The notes: generated by a model from the letters alone, not told the origin. Counted from the first letter of the stretch, positions 27,291 through 37,753 are shown. The stretch: DNA of 64,000 nucleotides from an uncultured Rhodospirillaceae bacterium (GCA_963974055.1 CAXBCP010000001.1:191471-255470); one strand, 5' to 3'. Numbers and translations are program-made.

Positions 27291-28721
27291 GTGAAGGTAA
27301 CGTTTGTCGGACACGCTTCGATCCTTGTAGAAGCTGGCGGTCTGAACATTTTGTCGGATCCTTGGTGGGCCGGTTCCTGCTTCGGTACTCAATGGTGGCC
27401 TTACCCCAAACCCGCTGTAGATGCCGTCGATCCGGAGCGGCTCGACTATATTTATATTTCGCACGGACATGCCGATCATTTGCATAACGGGACGCTCAGC
27501 CGGTTGCCGAAGACGGCGGTCTGCCTTGTCGCGCAGGAACTGAACCTGTCTGAACCGCTAAAGGGGCTCGGTTTCGAGGTAATCGAGGTCGCACCGAAAA
27601 CCGACTATGCGCTGAACGAAAAGGTGACGATTGAAATTACGCCGACGGTAAGCGGGGACAGCTTTTCGGTTATCCGTGATGATCGGCAGATATGCATGAA
27701 CATGAACGACGCGCTTCATGCGGCGCCGCGGGATATACAGACGCAAATGATCGGTTACCTGAACGCCAAGTACGGGCAGGCGGATTATATGTTCTGCGGC
27801 TTCGGCATCGCTTCGCATTTTCCGATATGTATTGAGGTCCCCGGGCGCGATCGCGATCGCACGGCGGCGGAGCGCCAGAAACATTTTAACCGGGAATGGG
27901 CGTACATCGTTCACGGGCTTGGCCCCAAATACGCCTTTCCGTTTGCTGCAGATGTCATCTTTCTCGATGAAAATATTCGCTGGGCGAATTCCGCAGTTCA
28001 TAACGGCGAACGCCCCGTCGACGTGCTGACCGGCCCGTTTGCGACGCCGCAAACCAAAGCAATCGACATATATCCGGGCTTTTCGATAGACGGGGACAAT
28101 ATAGTTGTCGACGCTCGTCATCGGCCGGTCGTCGCGGCGGAGATCGACGCCGCATTCGAGTCCGAAACCAGGATGGCCAACCGGTCGACCGCCGTTAGCG
28201 CAGACGGGGTCGAAGATCTGGTTGTCCGTCTCCGTGAGAACCTTGAGACGTGCCGGCAGTATCTGTGCGAGATTGACAACAACTACCGGTTTCTCATCGA
28301 GTTCATCGGCAATGATGCCGGCATTGAAATTTGTAAAACAGGCAACCGGCTCGATGCTTTCAGTATCAAAATTTCGGATATCGACAAGACTGACTATGCC
28401 GTCGTATTTCTGACGAAATATTCATATCTGCGGCGGTCGTTGTCCGATGAGTTCGGTCACGAAGTTCTTTCGGTGGGCTCGGGAGGTGTATTCAGATACC
28501 GCAGCCGCGCCGAAGCGGATGCCAACCTTCATGGCGAATTAATGCTTGTTCTGCGGACCCATACCGCAGCGCCGCCCAGTCGTTTTGGGGATCAGTCAAA
28601 ACTTAGGTATCAGATGAAAACCCTGGTCAAGAAGGCGCTGCGGGTTGCACTTCGCCGCCCGGCAGCGGTCGATCTATACGATAACCGGCACTGGATCAGA
28701 TATGAAGATCATAATGGCTAA
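27291..28721 (+). CDS. MBL-fold metallo-hydrolase with extended C-terminal domain
   Basis: GTG start preceded by AGGGAAG. N-terminal beta-lactamase-fold motifs: HASILVEAGG, YIYISHGHADH. A ~250 aa C-terminal extension of unknown function follows. Confidence 0.65.
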   Translation: MKVTFVGHASILVEAGGLNILSDPWWAGSCFGTQWWPYPKPAVDAVDPERLDYIYISHGHADHLHNGTLSRLPKTAVCLVAQELNLSEPLKGLGFEVIEVAPKTDYALNEKVTIEITPTVSGDSFSVIRDDRQICMNMNDALHAAPRDIQTQMIGYLNAKYGQADYMFCGFGIASHFPICIEVPGRDRDRTAAERQKHFNREWAYIVHGLGPKYAFPFAADVIFLDENIRWANSAVHNGERPVDVLTGPFATPQTKAIDIYPGFSIDGDNIVVDARHRPVVAAEIDAAFESETRMANRSTAVSADGVEDLVVRLRENLETCRQYLCEIDNNYRFLIEFIGNDAGIEICKTGNRLDAFSIKISDIDKTDYAVVFLTKYSYLRRSLSDEFGHEVLSVGSGGVFRYRSRAEADANLHGELMLVLRTHTAAPPSRFGDQSKLRYQMKTLVKKALRVALRRPAAVDLYDNRHWIRYEDHNG

Positions 28722-28736
28722 ACCGGTCGTGCCTAT

Positions 28737-29324
28737 TTACTCCCCGCCGGTTTGATATTCGACCAGATAACTGGCGTAATACTTTTGAGGGCCGGGAGCC
28801 TGCCATCTGAAGCCCTTTGCTGTCGGTAGGTAATAAACCGGCATCCATTTGAAGTTATTGGTCGAGCATTTATATTTCGTGCGGTACCATTTCTTGGCCC
28901 AGACTTTAAACGCATTTCTTGGGTGCACTTCACCGTTCACCCATACGAGTTTACGAACACTGCAAAAGAATCGAAGGCCAATCCACACTTCTTCCTTGGC
29001 CTCGAAATTTGCTTTCAGAAAACTGTGGGTTTCAATGTCCTTGACTACTGCCAGGCGCCCCCGGACCCCCTTAAATATTCGCGTGCGCGCATATTTATTA
29101 GCTGTTGACCAATTCGGCGGCATTGGCAGATCGACCCGCAGTTCAAAGTAGCTCTTGGTGTGGGGATTATAAATCGGCTTAACTGGAACGGCCGAAGAAC
29201 CGGTCCTGTGATACGCCTCGCCGGTTTCGGCGGCGAGGGCCATCCTAGCTGTCGATGAGAGAAGCAAATATGCGACTGCTACGATGACGATCTTGAGTAG
29301 GGGCGCTCGAATAGGACTGAACAT
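28737..29324 (-). CDS. secreted C-type lectin-like domain protein (low-GC orphan gene)
   Basis: 195 aa from MFSPIRAPLLKIVIVAVAYLLLSSTARMALAAE, a signal peptide. CTLD-like blocks: WSTANKY...GRLAVVKDIETHSFL and EVWIGLRFF...WVNGE. The gene is conspicuously AT-rich compared with its neighbours. Confidence 0.5.
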   Translation of the reverse strand: MFSPIRAPLLKIVIVAVAYLLLSSTARMALAAETGEAYHRTGSSAVPVKPIYNPHTKSYFELRVDLPMPPNWSTANKYARTRIFKGVRGRLAVVKDIETHSFLKANFEAKEEVWIGLRFFCSVRKLVWVNGEVHPRNAFKVWAKKWYRTKYKCSTNNFKWMPVYYLPTAKGFRWQAPGPQKYYASYLVEYQTGGE

Positions 29325-29442
29325 CAGTTCTTCTGCGGTTAGCACGATGTCTCTAAGACAGAGTATATAACGCCACCCGAAATATGTTAAGAACGGAGTA
29401 GGAGTGTATATTGCAGTTTGATTTTGTCGGGACGCCCAATTT

Positions 29443-30423
29443 ATGAAAACGCTTGTCACCGGAGCCGCGGGATTTATCGGTTACCATACCGCAACCCGTT
29501 TGCTCGACCGGGGCGACGAGGTCGTTGGTATCGATATTGTGAACGACTATTACAGCGTGGCGCTTAAAAACGCCCGGCTGGAACGGCTGAAACAGAGAGA
29601 CGGGTTTACGTTCCACAAGCTCGATCTTTCCGACCGGCAGGCCTTCGACGAAACTCGTTCGGCGATCCGTGGCGTCACCCGTGCTGTGCATCTCGCGGCG
29701 CAGGCGGGCGTCCGGCATTCGATCGAGCGGCCGTTCGACTATGTCGATGCGAACCTGGTCGCCCATATGACCGTTCTGGAATTATGCCGTCATCAGCCGG
29801 ATTTCGAACATCTGGTTTATGCCAGTTCAAGTTCGGTCTATGGCGGGAACACCAAGCTTCCATTTGCCGTCGAAGACCGCGTCGATGCGCCGGTATCGCT
29901 CTATGCGGCGACCAAGCTGGCCAATGAACATATGAGTTACAGTTATAGCCACCTTTACGGTCTTGCGCAGACGGGCCTGCGGTTTTTCACCGTCTACGGA
30001 CCTTGGGGGCGGCCGGATATGGCGCTGTATATATTCGCGGATGCCATCCTCAAAGGGCGGCCTATCGAGGTTTTCAATCATGGCGACATGAAGCGCGATT
30101 TTACCTATGTCGACGATATTGTGACGGGGGTCGTGGCGGCGCACGACAATCCGCCCTCCGCCGACCCGGGGCCGCCCCACAGGGTCTACAATATCGGAAA
30201 CAACCAATCGGAACCGTTGCTCCGCCTCATCAGCGTGCTCGAAGAGTGCCTCGGGAAAAAAGCGGAAACGATCATGAAGCCGATGCAACTGGGCGATGTG
30301 AAAGAGAGCTTCGCAGATATCGAAGCGATCCGGCGCGATCTCGGATTCGAGCCGACAACCCCGATCGATGTCGGCGTGCCGAAATTCGTCGAATGGCTCA
30401 GATCCTATAACGGGAATTACTGA
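29443..30423 (+). CDS. NAD-dependent epimerase/dehydratase (UDP-glucuronate 4-epimerase-like)
   Basis: Starts MKTLVTGAAGFIGYH, a Rossmann fold. Catalytic YAATK is present. The overall pattern matches the UDP-GlcA/UDP-GalA 4-epimerase (Cap1J/LpsL) subfamily. Confidence 0.85.
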   Translation: MKTLVTGAAGFIGYHTATRLLDRGDEVVGIDIVNDYYSVALKNARLERLKQRDGFTFHKLDLSDRQAFDETRSAIRGVTRAVHLAAQAGVRHSIERPFDYVDANLVAHMTVLELCRHQPDFEHLVYASSSSVYGGNTKLPFAVEDRVDAPVSLYAATKLANEHMSYSYSHLYGLAQTGLRFFTVYGPWGRPDMALYIFADAILKGRPIEVFNHGDMKRDFTYVDDIVTGVVAAHDNPPSADPGPPHRVYNIGNNQSEPLLRLISVLEECLGKKAETIMKPMQLGDVKESFADIEAIRRDLGFEPTTPIDVGVPKFVEWLRSYNGNY

Positions 30424-30465
30424 AGACCACCGAAGTCTGTGCCGGCCGACACTCCGCCCTGTGCG

Positions 30466-31845
30466 TCAGCCCCGCTTGATCAGATACCCGGACGAACCCC
30501 CAAGGGCGGGATGTTGCCGATCCGTATTTTTTGCAGGGTTCCCGGGAGCCGCGGGGTCGGGATTCGCAACGTCTGAATCTGCAGCGTCCGGCATCGTCGT
30601 ACGCTCTTTCGCAAGCTCCTGGCCTACCATCCATCGCGTAACCACGATAATCGCCAGCACGTGGTAATACAGGTCAAAGGTGGCGACATTCAGAAACACG
30701 CCGGCGGTGGCATACCCGACAAGGCTGACCTGCGTCATCTTCGACAGGTCGCGGGCCCATTTCAAATTCGGGCTGCCGCGCGCGAGATGGTTCGTTCGCG
30801 AACACGTGAAGAAAGCGACCGTTCCCAGCATTAGAAACAGGGTAAGACCGGGATAACCGTGTTCGCCCAGGACTTCGAAATAGATGCTGTGCGGCGCCCT
30901 GACAACCGGGGATTCCGGGTTGTAGATCGGCCACAAACGTTCCTGCGTATTGACCTTGAAACCGCCTCCCAGAAGGCGGTCGTTAGCTAGATTGATCGCG
31001 AAAAGCCATGCATCGAAACGGCCGGAGGCGGATTCGTCTTCTTCGTAGGAATCGATCGTATCCATCCTGTCGAACCACTTTTGCGGCATGAACGACAATA
31101 CGCCGACAATACAGACCGCAGCGGCAAAGGCCACCGGCAGTTTTTTGCTCGATCTGAGCCACAGGAAAAAGCCCATGGTTGAAAGCGCAAGCAGCGCCCC
31201 GCGGGAATATGTCCCGATAATGGCGGCCAGCGTCAGAAGAATCATGACGCTCAACATGTGTCGCACCCACTTGTTGGTGGCCACCAGTTGCAGATAATGC
31301 ATCAGCGGCATCGTCATGATCAGCGTCAGCGCAAGCTGGTTGTTGTCCTCGAAAAAGCTGCCGGGAGGTCCCCAGACCCGGTAGTTGCCGCCCGTCATTA
31401 TCGAAAACAGACCGCCCCGGACACCGTAAAAACCGATCGAAAACACAATCATAGCGATTAGCCAATTCAGGCGGACCTTGGTTTTGATCATTGCCAGCGT
31501 CAGAATCGTCATGATCTGGATTTTGCCGAATTCAATAAAACGCGTTTCGGCACGATCCGGCGCGAGTGCGGTAATTGTTGTTATCGCGGTCCAGGTAACA
31601 AAGAGAAACAGTACCACCGATACGGGTGATATCGGTATTCTCTTGTTCTCCCGGCTGATGGTGAACGCGATAATGGTGACAACGGCCGCAATCAGCGCGA
31701 ACTGGAAACTATAGGCGAACCCATAAGTCAGCCGATGCGGGTTCATATAGGATATCCACGAGAACAGCAGAATCCCGGTCCACGGCTGCTTGAATATCAG
31801 AGGGATCGAGCCGAAAACGATAAGCGTAATCAGGATATCGCGCAT
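30466..31845 (-). CDS. O-antigen ligase / Wzy-like polymerase family protein (exosortase A-associated O-glycosylation ligase type)
   Basis: 459 aa, about 12 TM, with a periplasmic loop (YSRGALLALSTMGFF..., IYFEVLGEHGYPG). Architecture is as in the XrtA-locus ligase family. Divergent from the glycosyltransferase at 32028. Confidence 0.7.
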   Translation of the reverse strand: MRDILITLIVFGSIPLIFKQPWTGILLFSWISYMNPHRLTYGFAYSFQFALIAAVVTIIAFTISRENKRIPISPVSVVLFLFVTWTAITTITALAPDRAETRFIEFGKIQIMTILTLAMIKTKVRLNWLIAMIVFSIGFYGVRGGLFSIMTGGNYRVWGPPGSFFEDNNQLALTLIMTMPLMHYLQLVATNKWVRHMLSVMILLTLAAIIGTYSRGALLALSTMGFFLWLRSSKKLPVAFAAAVCIVGVLSFMPQKWFDRMDTIDSYEEDESASGRFDAWLFAINLANDRLLGGGFKVNTQERLWPIYNPESPVVRAPHSIYFEVLGEHGYPGLTLFLMLGTVAFFTCSRTNHLARGSPNLKWARDLSKMTQVSLVGYATAGVFLNVATFDLYYHVLAIIVVTRWMVGQELAKERTTMPDAADSDVANPDPAAPGNPAKNTDRQHPALGGSSGYLIKRG

Positions 31846-32027
31846 CGGTCAGTCGGTCTTTCCTGCAGGTTGACATGCGGAAAAAAGCCGTCGCGTTTCC
31901 GCTTTCATCCAAACGTCAGTTCCACTAAAGATAACGGGTTCCGCCAAAAATGTGTAATCGTTCGGAATTATATCGCTGATCCAGCTGTATATTATCACCA
32001 GTACGTATTGAATATGAATATCCTCGC

Positions 32028-33374
32028 ATGAAGATATTATTAGTCTCCTGGTATTTCCCTCCCTGCAGTACCATGGGTGCTCTTCGTGTCGGGAAATTCG
32101 CGAAATACCTCGTCGGCGAAGGACACGACGTCCGCATCGTCTGCGCCAAAGACCAGCCTTACGCGATGGATCATCCCGTCGAGGTTCCGGAAGATTTCAT
32201 TTACCGGACGATCTGGCGCGATATCAACTGGTTGCCCGCCAGCATCCAGCGGGTACGCGCAGGCATCAAGTCTTTACTTTCCGGGAAAACCCGCGCGCCT
32301 GGCGTCGGGGCGCAGGATGCACCGCCGGCTGCGGCAAACACGCCGCACCAACCGAATGGCATTCTCCGCCTGATTCTGAATTTCTATCAGAACCTGACGA
32401 ACATTCCCGACGGTATGATTGGCTGGCTGTTACCAGCCTTGCGGGCGGGGCGCAAGGCGACGAAGGGCTGGAAGCCGGATGTCGTTTTTGCCAGCGCGCC
32501 GCCATTCACGACCCTGATCGCAGGGCGTATTATTGCCAAACGCGCAAAGGCGCCGCTTGTGATCGAATATCGCGACCGGTGGATCGAAGATCCCTACGGT
32601 CTCGAAGACCCGAAATTCCGCCAGTGGCTCGATCGCAGAATCGAAGAATGGTGCGCCCGTCCGGCCGTCGGCGTGGTGACGGTCTCCGATCCCTGGGCGG
32701 AGGATTACCGCCAGCGGTGGGGAAAGCCCGTTGCGGTTGCGTATAACGGCTTCGATCCGGACGATGTTGCCAAACTCGACGACGTGCCGCCTTCAGGATC
32801 CGACAAACTGAAAATTCTGTATACGGGTATCATATACCCCGAGCGCCGTGACCCGACCCCTTTATTCGAGGCACTGTCCAGACTGGGCGCCCGGCGTGAC
32901 GAGATTTCCGTAGATTTTTACGGGGCAAATGTCGGCCGGCTCGAGGGGGCGGTTGCCGGACATGCGCAGCAGGACATCGTGTCGCTGCGGCCCGGCATAC
33001 CGTTTGCGGAGGCCCTGAAACTGCAGCGTCAGGCCGACGTTCTTCTGCTGTTGCAATGGAACGACCCGCTCGAAGCAGGGAATGTGCCGGGGAAACTGTT
33101 CGAATACCTGGCCGCCCGGCGTCCCGTGCTGGGTATTGGTTTCGAGCAGGGCGTACCGGCGCGTATTCTTAGGGAACGCAATGCCGGGCGTGTTCTAAAC
33201 GATCCCGATCAGATTGCCGCTTACCTTACCGAGCTTCTCGACCAGAAAAAACGGAATGGCAGCATAGACCTGCTGCCGGCCGATGTATCCGCCGGTCTTT
33301 CCCGGCCGGAGCAATACAGGCATATCGAACGCATGCTTGGAGACGCCGGCCAGTTACGCGCCGACGCGCGCTGA
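32028..33374 (+). CDS. glycosyltransferase (GT-B fold, GT4-like)
   Basis: Starts MKILLVSWYFPPCSTMGALRVGKFAKYL. The C-terminal sugar-donor half has the E..KLFEYLAARRPVLG motif. Confidence 0.7.
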   Translation: MKILLVSWYFPPCSTMGALRVGKFAKYLVGEGHDVRIVCAKDQPYAMDHPVEVPEDFIYRTIWRDINWLPASIQRVRAGIKSLLSGKTRAPGVGAQDAPPAAANTPHQPNGILRLILNFYQNLTNIPDGMIGWLLPALRAGRKATKGWKPDVVFASAPPFTTLIAGRIIAKRAKAPLVIEYRDRWIEDPYGLEDPKFRQWLDRRIEEWCARPAVGVVTVSDPWAEDYRQRWGKPVAVAYNGFDPDDVAKLDDVPPSGSDKLKILYTGIIYPERRDPTPLFEALSRLGARRDEISVDFYGANVGRLEGAVAGHAQQDIVSLRPGIPFAEALKLQRQADVLLLLQWNDPLEAGNVPGKLFEYLAARRPVLGIGFEQGVPARILRERNAGRVLNDPDQIAAYLTELLDQKKRNGSIDLLPADVSAGLSRPEQYRHIERMLGDAGQLRADAR

Positions 33375-33428
33375 TGTTGCGTATTTCCGCCGAATTGGGG
33401 GCGAACGTGACAGTTCCGGCGCAATAAA

Positions 33429-34880
33429 ATGAGTGTCCGGAAATCGCTGCTGATATCGTTCGGTGAAAAATACACCGTCCTTCTGATCTCGATCGCCTCG
33501 ACGATGATTCTGGCGCGCCTTTTGTCGCCGGCTGAAATCGGGATTTTTTCGGTCAGCGTGGCGGTTGTAGGCATAGCCCAGATGGTCCGCGACTTCGGCG
33601 TCACCCAGTATCTGATTGTCGAACGGGATTTGACGCGGGACCGAATCCGCGCGGCGTTCGGCATTACCATCGTTATTTCATGGTCGCTGGCGGCGGTGCT
33701 TTACTTTGGTCGCGACACCCTTGCTGATTTCTATTCGGAACCGAAGCTTCATACTGCGCTGTCCGTGCTGTGTTTCAATTTCATCCTGATTCCGTTCGGC
33801 AATCCCGTCCTTTCGCTGTTGCGCCGGGACATGGCGTTTGGAACGCTCTTCCGGATCAACACCCTGACGGCGATTATCCGGGAATCCACGGCGGTGGGTC
33901 TGGCATTTGGCGGTTTCGGGTTTATGAGTCTCGTTTGGGGTTCGTTTGCCGGGGTCGCCGCGACCGCCGCACTGGCGACACTCGCCCGGCCTTCCCAGGC
34001 CTGGGTGATGCCGGGGTTCCGGGAGTGGCGCCGGGTACTGAAATTCGGGCTCCCGGCCAGCGCCACCGCCTTCGTTTCGGAAATCGGCGCGAGCACGGCG
34101 GACCTGGCGCTTGGACGTATTCAGGGTTTCGCCGAAGTGGGCCTGTACAGCCGGGCCATGGGGCTGGTGAACCTGTTTCACCAGAACATCATGAGTGCGG
34201 TCAGGTGGGTATCTCTGCCGGCGTTTGCCGCCGACGAGCGCGACGGCAAGGCGCTTGAGGAAAATTATCTGAAGTCGGTCGGTTATGTTACCGCCGTGGC
34301 CTGGCCGTTCTACGGATTCCTCTGTCTGATGGCGTTTCCGATCATCCGGATTTTGTTCGGCGATCAATGGGATGAAAGTGTGCCGCTCGTCAGAATTCTG
34401 GCAATCGCCGGTATGATCGGCGCGACATGGAATCTCGCCGGGCAGGTGTTACTCGTGATCGGACTGGTCCGGAAAGTGTTCTGGGCGGAAGTGATTATCC
34501 AGAGCGCCCGCGTCCTGTTAATTATCGCGGCGGCGTTTCACAGTCTGGAACTCGTGGCGTGGGCGCAGGTCGTTACGTATTCAGTCGGTTTTTCCATCTA
34601 CCAGTTTTATCTGGGCCGCAATTTCAATATTACGCTGGTCGATGTGTTTCGAGCGGTCTGGAAGAGCCTGCTGGCGGCGATCTTCTCCGTGGTCGGCCCG
34701 GCGCTTGTCGTCCTGGCCTGGGGATTGACGCCGGACAATCTTTTTCTGTCGCTATTCGCCGCGTCCCTCGCCGCTGCGGTTGGCTGGCTGGCCGGGCTCT
34801 TCATCGTCAATCATCCGATGCGTATTGAAATACAATCGCTTATCATGCGGAAAACCAAATCCAGCCAAGGGGTCGATTAA
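33429..34880 (+). CDS. Wzx-type oligosaccharide flippase (MOP superfamily polysaccharide biosynthesis protein)
   Basis: 483 aa, about 12-14 TM, with a Wzx-like N-terminus (KYTVLLISIASTMILARLLSPAEIGIFSV). Confidence 0.75.
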   Translation: MSVRKSLLISFGEKYTVLLISIASTMILARLLSPAEIGIFSVSVAVVGIAQMVRDFGVTQYLIVERDLTRDRIRAAFGITIVISWSLAAVLYFGRDTLADFYSEPKLHTALSVLCFNFILIPFGNPVLSLLRRDMAFGTLFRINTLTAIIRESTAVGLAFGGFGFMSLVWGSFAGVAATAALATLARPSQAWVMPGFREWRRVLKFGLPASATAFVSEIGASTADLALGRIQGFAEVGLYSRAMGLVNLFHQNIMSAVRWVSLPAFAADERDGKALEENYLKSVGYVTAVAWPFYGFLCLMAFPIIRILFGDQWDESVPLVRILAIAGMIGATWNLAGQVLLVIGLVRKVFWAEVIIQSARVLLIIAAAFHSLELVAWAQVVTYSVGFSIYQFYLGRNFNITLVDVFRAVWKSLLAAIFSVVGPALVVLAWGLTPDNLFLSLFAASLAAAVGWLAGLFIVNHPMRIEIQSLIMRKTKSSQGVD

Positions 34881-34882
34881 CA

Positions 34883-35659
34883 GTGTTACCGCCAGTATTG
34901 GGATATGTCATCGGCTTTGCTCTGTTGGCCGTTCTTGTGTTGCTTTTATATGTGCTCTGGAAAGTCAGAGCAGTGCATTTAAAAGTCTATGACGTCATGG
35001 ATGCCGTTCGGCAAACTCAGGACAGAGACCTGGTAAATCATTTTCAGCAGTCCCAGCTGGTGCGTATTCTGGAGCATGAACTGGATCTGGACAGACCGCT
35101 GCCCGCATTGCGCGGGTGGGCGGCCTCTCCGGACTTTCTACTTGTCATAACACGGCATGCACGCGACCGGCGCCCGAAGATTGTCGTCGAATGCAGCTCA
35201 GGGGTTTCGACAATCGTTCTTGCGCGTGTCGCGCAACTCAACGGCCAAGGGCACGTTTATAGCCTGGAACACGATCCCGTTTTCGGTGCGCAGACCCGGC
35301 AGGAACTGCATGCCCGGGGCTTGGCGGAATGGGCGACGGTGATCGACGCTCCCCTTACGGAACATCGTATCGATGGCGATGCATGGCCGTGGTACAGCCT
35401 CGAAAATCTTCCCGTCGACGAAATCGATCAGATCGTCATTGACGGCCCACCCTACTCGGTAGGACCGCTCGCGCGCTATCCGGCCGGGCCGCTATTGTTC
35501 GGTAAGGTGCGAGAGGATGGCGCGGCGTTTCTGGATGATGCCGACCGGGTCGAGGAAACCGAAATTTCCGAACGCTGGGTGCGGGAATTGTCCGGGTGGA
35601 AAATGAACACGGAGTATTGCGAGAAAGGGTGCAGGCGGTTTACCCGGAGAGGCGATTAA
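34883..35659 (+). CDS. membrane-anchored class I SAM-dependent methyltransferase (Methyltransf_24-like)
   Basis: GTG start. An N-terminal TM helix (VLGYVIGFALLAVLVLLLYVLW). The MTase core is IVVECSSGVSTIVLARV...GHVYSLEHDP. Overlaps the next gene by 1 nt (TAATG). Confidence 0.55.
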   Translation: MLPPVLGYVIGFALLAVLVLLLYVLWKVRAVHLKVYDVMDAVRQTQDRDLVNHFQQSQLVRILEHELDLDRPLPALRGWAASPDFLLVITRHARDRRPKIVVECSSGVSTIVLARVAQLNGQGHVYSLEHDPVFGAQTRQELHARGLAEWATVIDAPLTEHRIDGDAWPWYSLENLPVDEIDQIVIDGPPYSVGPLARYPAGPLLFGKVREDGAAFLDDADRVEETEISERWVRELSGWKMNTEYCEKGCRRFTRRGD

Positions 35660-36612
35660 TGCCAGCAAGCTCTCCAGCAAAGGTTTCCGTCGTTATCCCG
35701 TGTTTCAATGACGGTGCCTATCTGGCGGAATCTGTCGGGTCCGTCCTGGCGCAACAGGGCGGTTTCGAACTGTGCGAGGTGCTTGTCGTCGACGACGGCA
35801 GCGACGATCCGCAGACGCTGGAGGCTCTTACCGAAATCGCAAAGCATCCAAAGGTAATAACAGCACCCAACGAAGAGCAGAAAGGCCCTGGAGGCGCCCG
35901 CAATACCGGAGTCAGACGCGCGACCGGCGACTGGATCGTATTTCTGGATTCCGACGACATCCTGTGCGACGGCAGTATCGATGCGCGACTGCGCGCCGCC
36001 GCCGGTTTTCCGGGGAGCCGTTGGGTGGGCGGGGATTTCATCATCCTGAACGAAGATGGCATCCTTGAATCGGAAACGTTTTTCAGAAGCCGCCCACAGC
36101 CGCGCAGGGTGGTGAACGCTGCATTCGAAACCGGCGCCCCGATACTGCTGTCTCGACCTGTGCGGGAATTCATTGAGAACCCGCCTACGAACATGTGTTG
36201 TACGATGGCGAAAAAAGACCTGATCGAGGCTGTTGGCGGGTTCGACCCGACGCAGCGCTTGCAGCAGGATTTTCATCTGTTTATTCGAATGGCGTATTAC
36301 GCTGATTTTGTCTTCGTCCCGCAGTCGGTGATGCATTACCGGCTGCACTCCGGAAATTCGACCCGGTCGTCACTGAATACGCTGCGCTGGCGGGAAACAG
36401 CCTGCCGGAAATTGCTGGCGGATGCGACGTTCGCGACATATGCGGCCGCGCTTAAACGAAAAATTTCGGAGGTTAACCGCGAGATCTCGGTTGAGCTTGC
36501 TGTCAGCGGATCGCAATGGTCGTCAATGCAGGCGGCCCTGCGGTCCCTTGTGGCCTGCCCGGAAAATATGGCGGGCTGGAAAAGGCTGGCAGCCAGCCTG
36601 ATTTTCAGATGA
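35659..36612 (+). CDS. glycosyltransferase family 2
   Basis: Starts VSVVIPCFNDGAYLAESVGSV. GT-A DxD-containing blocks are VVDDGSDD and IVFLDSDD. Confidence 0.8.
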   Translation: MPASSPAKVSVVIPCFNDGAYLAESVGSVLAQQGGFELCEVLVVDDGSDDPQTLEALTEIAKHPKVITAPNEEQKGPGGARNTGVRRATGDWIVFLDSDDILCDGSIDARLRAAAGFPGSRWVGGDFIILNEDGILESETFFRSRPQPRRVVNAAFETGAPILLSRPVREFIENPPTNMCCTMAKKDLIEAVGGFDPTQRLQQDFHLFIRMAYYADFVFVPQSVMHYRLHSGNSTRSSLNTLRWRETACRKLLADATFATYAAALKRKISEVNREISVELAVSGSQWSSMQAALRSLVACPENMAGWKRLAASLIFR

Positions 36613-36667
36613 TTGCCGGTTTTACGGCGGGGAATCTGCCTTTGTTAATGTTCTCGGGGTTTAGCCA

Positions 36668-37708
36668 ATGCGTGTAGCTTTCATTTCCTATCCAATGCTG
36701 CTCCAGCGTTATGGCGGGTTGCAGGTCCAGATGATCGAGAGCATGAACGCGCTCAACGGGATGGGGTTCGATGTATCGCTGTTCGACTGGCGGACCGAAA
36801 AGATAGAGGATTACGATCTTCTCCATATCTTTTCCGCGCTCAACAGCAATCACCGGATGGTCGAAGCCGCCAAGGCGGTTGGCGTGCCGGTGGTGATGTC
36901 GACTGTTGTGCATCCCCCGTTTCCGGCGCGTTACCGGCTGGCGTCGGAGATGCTCGGCAAAATCCTCGGTAAATTGACCAACTATTCGGTGACGACGACC
37001 TATCACCAGATCCGTGCCGGCGTCAGCACGTCAGACCAGATCATCGTCAACGGCGATATGGAGCTCGACATGATGGTCGGGCAGTTCGGCGCCTCCGCCG
37101 ACCGGGTATCGATTATTCCGAATGCCGTGGGGCAGCGTTTCTTCGATGCGACACCCGACCTGTTCGACACCCGGTTCGGCATTCCCCATCCGTTCGTCGT
37201 CTGCTCCGCCTCTGTGTCGCCGCACAAGAATCAGCTCGCGATCGCCAAGGCCCTGAAGGGAACCGACATCGGCATCGTCCTCGTCGGTAACTGCCACAAG
37301 CAGTATGAATCCTATCTTGAAGAGTGCAGATCCGTCGCCGGGGAAAACCTCCACTATCTTGGCGGCTTCGCGTTCGACGACCCTGTGCTGCCGTCGCTGT
37401 ATGCGGCCGCGGACGCGCTGGTTCTGCCCAGCCTGTCCGAAGTGATGCCGTTTGCCATGCTCGAATGTCTTGCGTCGGGTACGCCGGCGATCATTACCCG
37501 TCATCAAAGCGTCGATCTTGCCCAGACGCCCAATCTTTTCGAGGAAATCGATCCGCATGATTTTACCGGCCTGCGGGACATGACCGAGCGTTTCGTTGCG
37601 AACCCCGCCACCGTCCAGGCGTGCCGCGATTTCGTTGCGAGCTATACGTGGGAAAACGTCGCGCTGCAGATTCGCGAGGTCTACCGGCGGATCAATCCGG
37701 ACATCTGA
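36668..37708 (+). CDS. glycosyltransferase family 4 (GT-B)
   Basis: 346 aa. The C-terminal donor-binding region (LVLPSLSEVMPFAMLECLASGTPAI) is typical of GT4/RfaG-like enzymes. Confidence 0.75.
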   Translation: MRVAFISYPMLLQRYGGLQVQMIESMNALNGMGFDVSLFDWRTEKIEDYDLLHIFSALNSNHRMVEAAKAVGVPVVMSTVVHPPFPARYRLASEMLGKILGKLTNYSVTTTYHQIRAGVSTSDQIIVNGDMELDMMVGQFGASADRVSIIPNAVGQRFFDATPDLFDTRFGIPHPFVVCSASVSPHKNQLAIAKALKGTDIGIVLVGNCHKQYESYLEECRSVAGENLHYLGGFAFDDPVLPSLYAAADALVLPSLSEVMPFAMLECLASGTPAIITRHQSVDLAQTPNLFEEIDPHDFTGLRDMTERFVANPATVQACRDFVASYTWENVALQIREVYRRINPDI

Positions 37709-37753
37709 CCGGTTGCCCGATACGCCGGATATACGTTGCGGGCGCCCGGCGTT

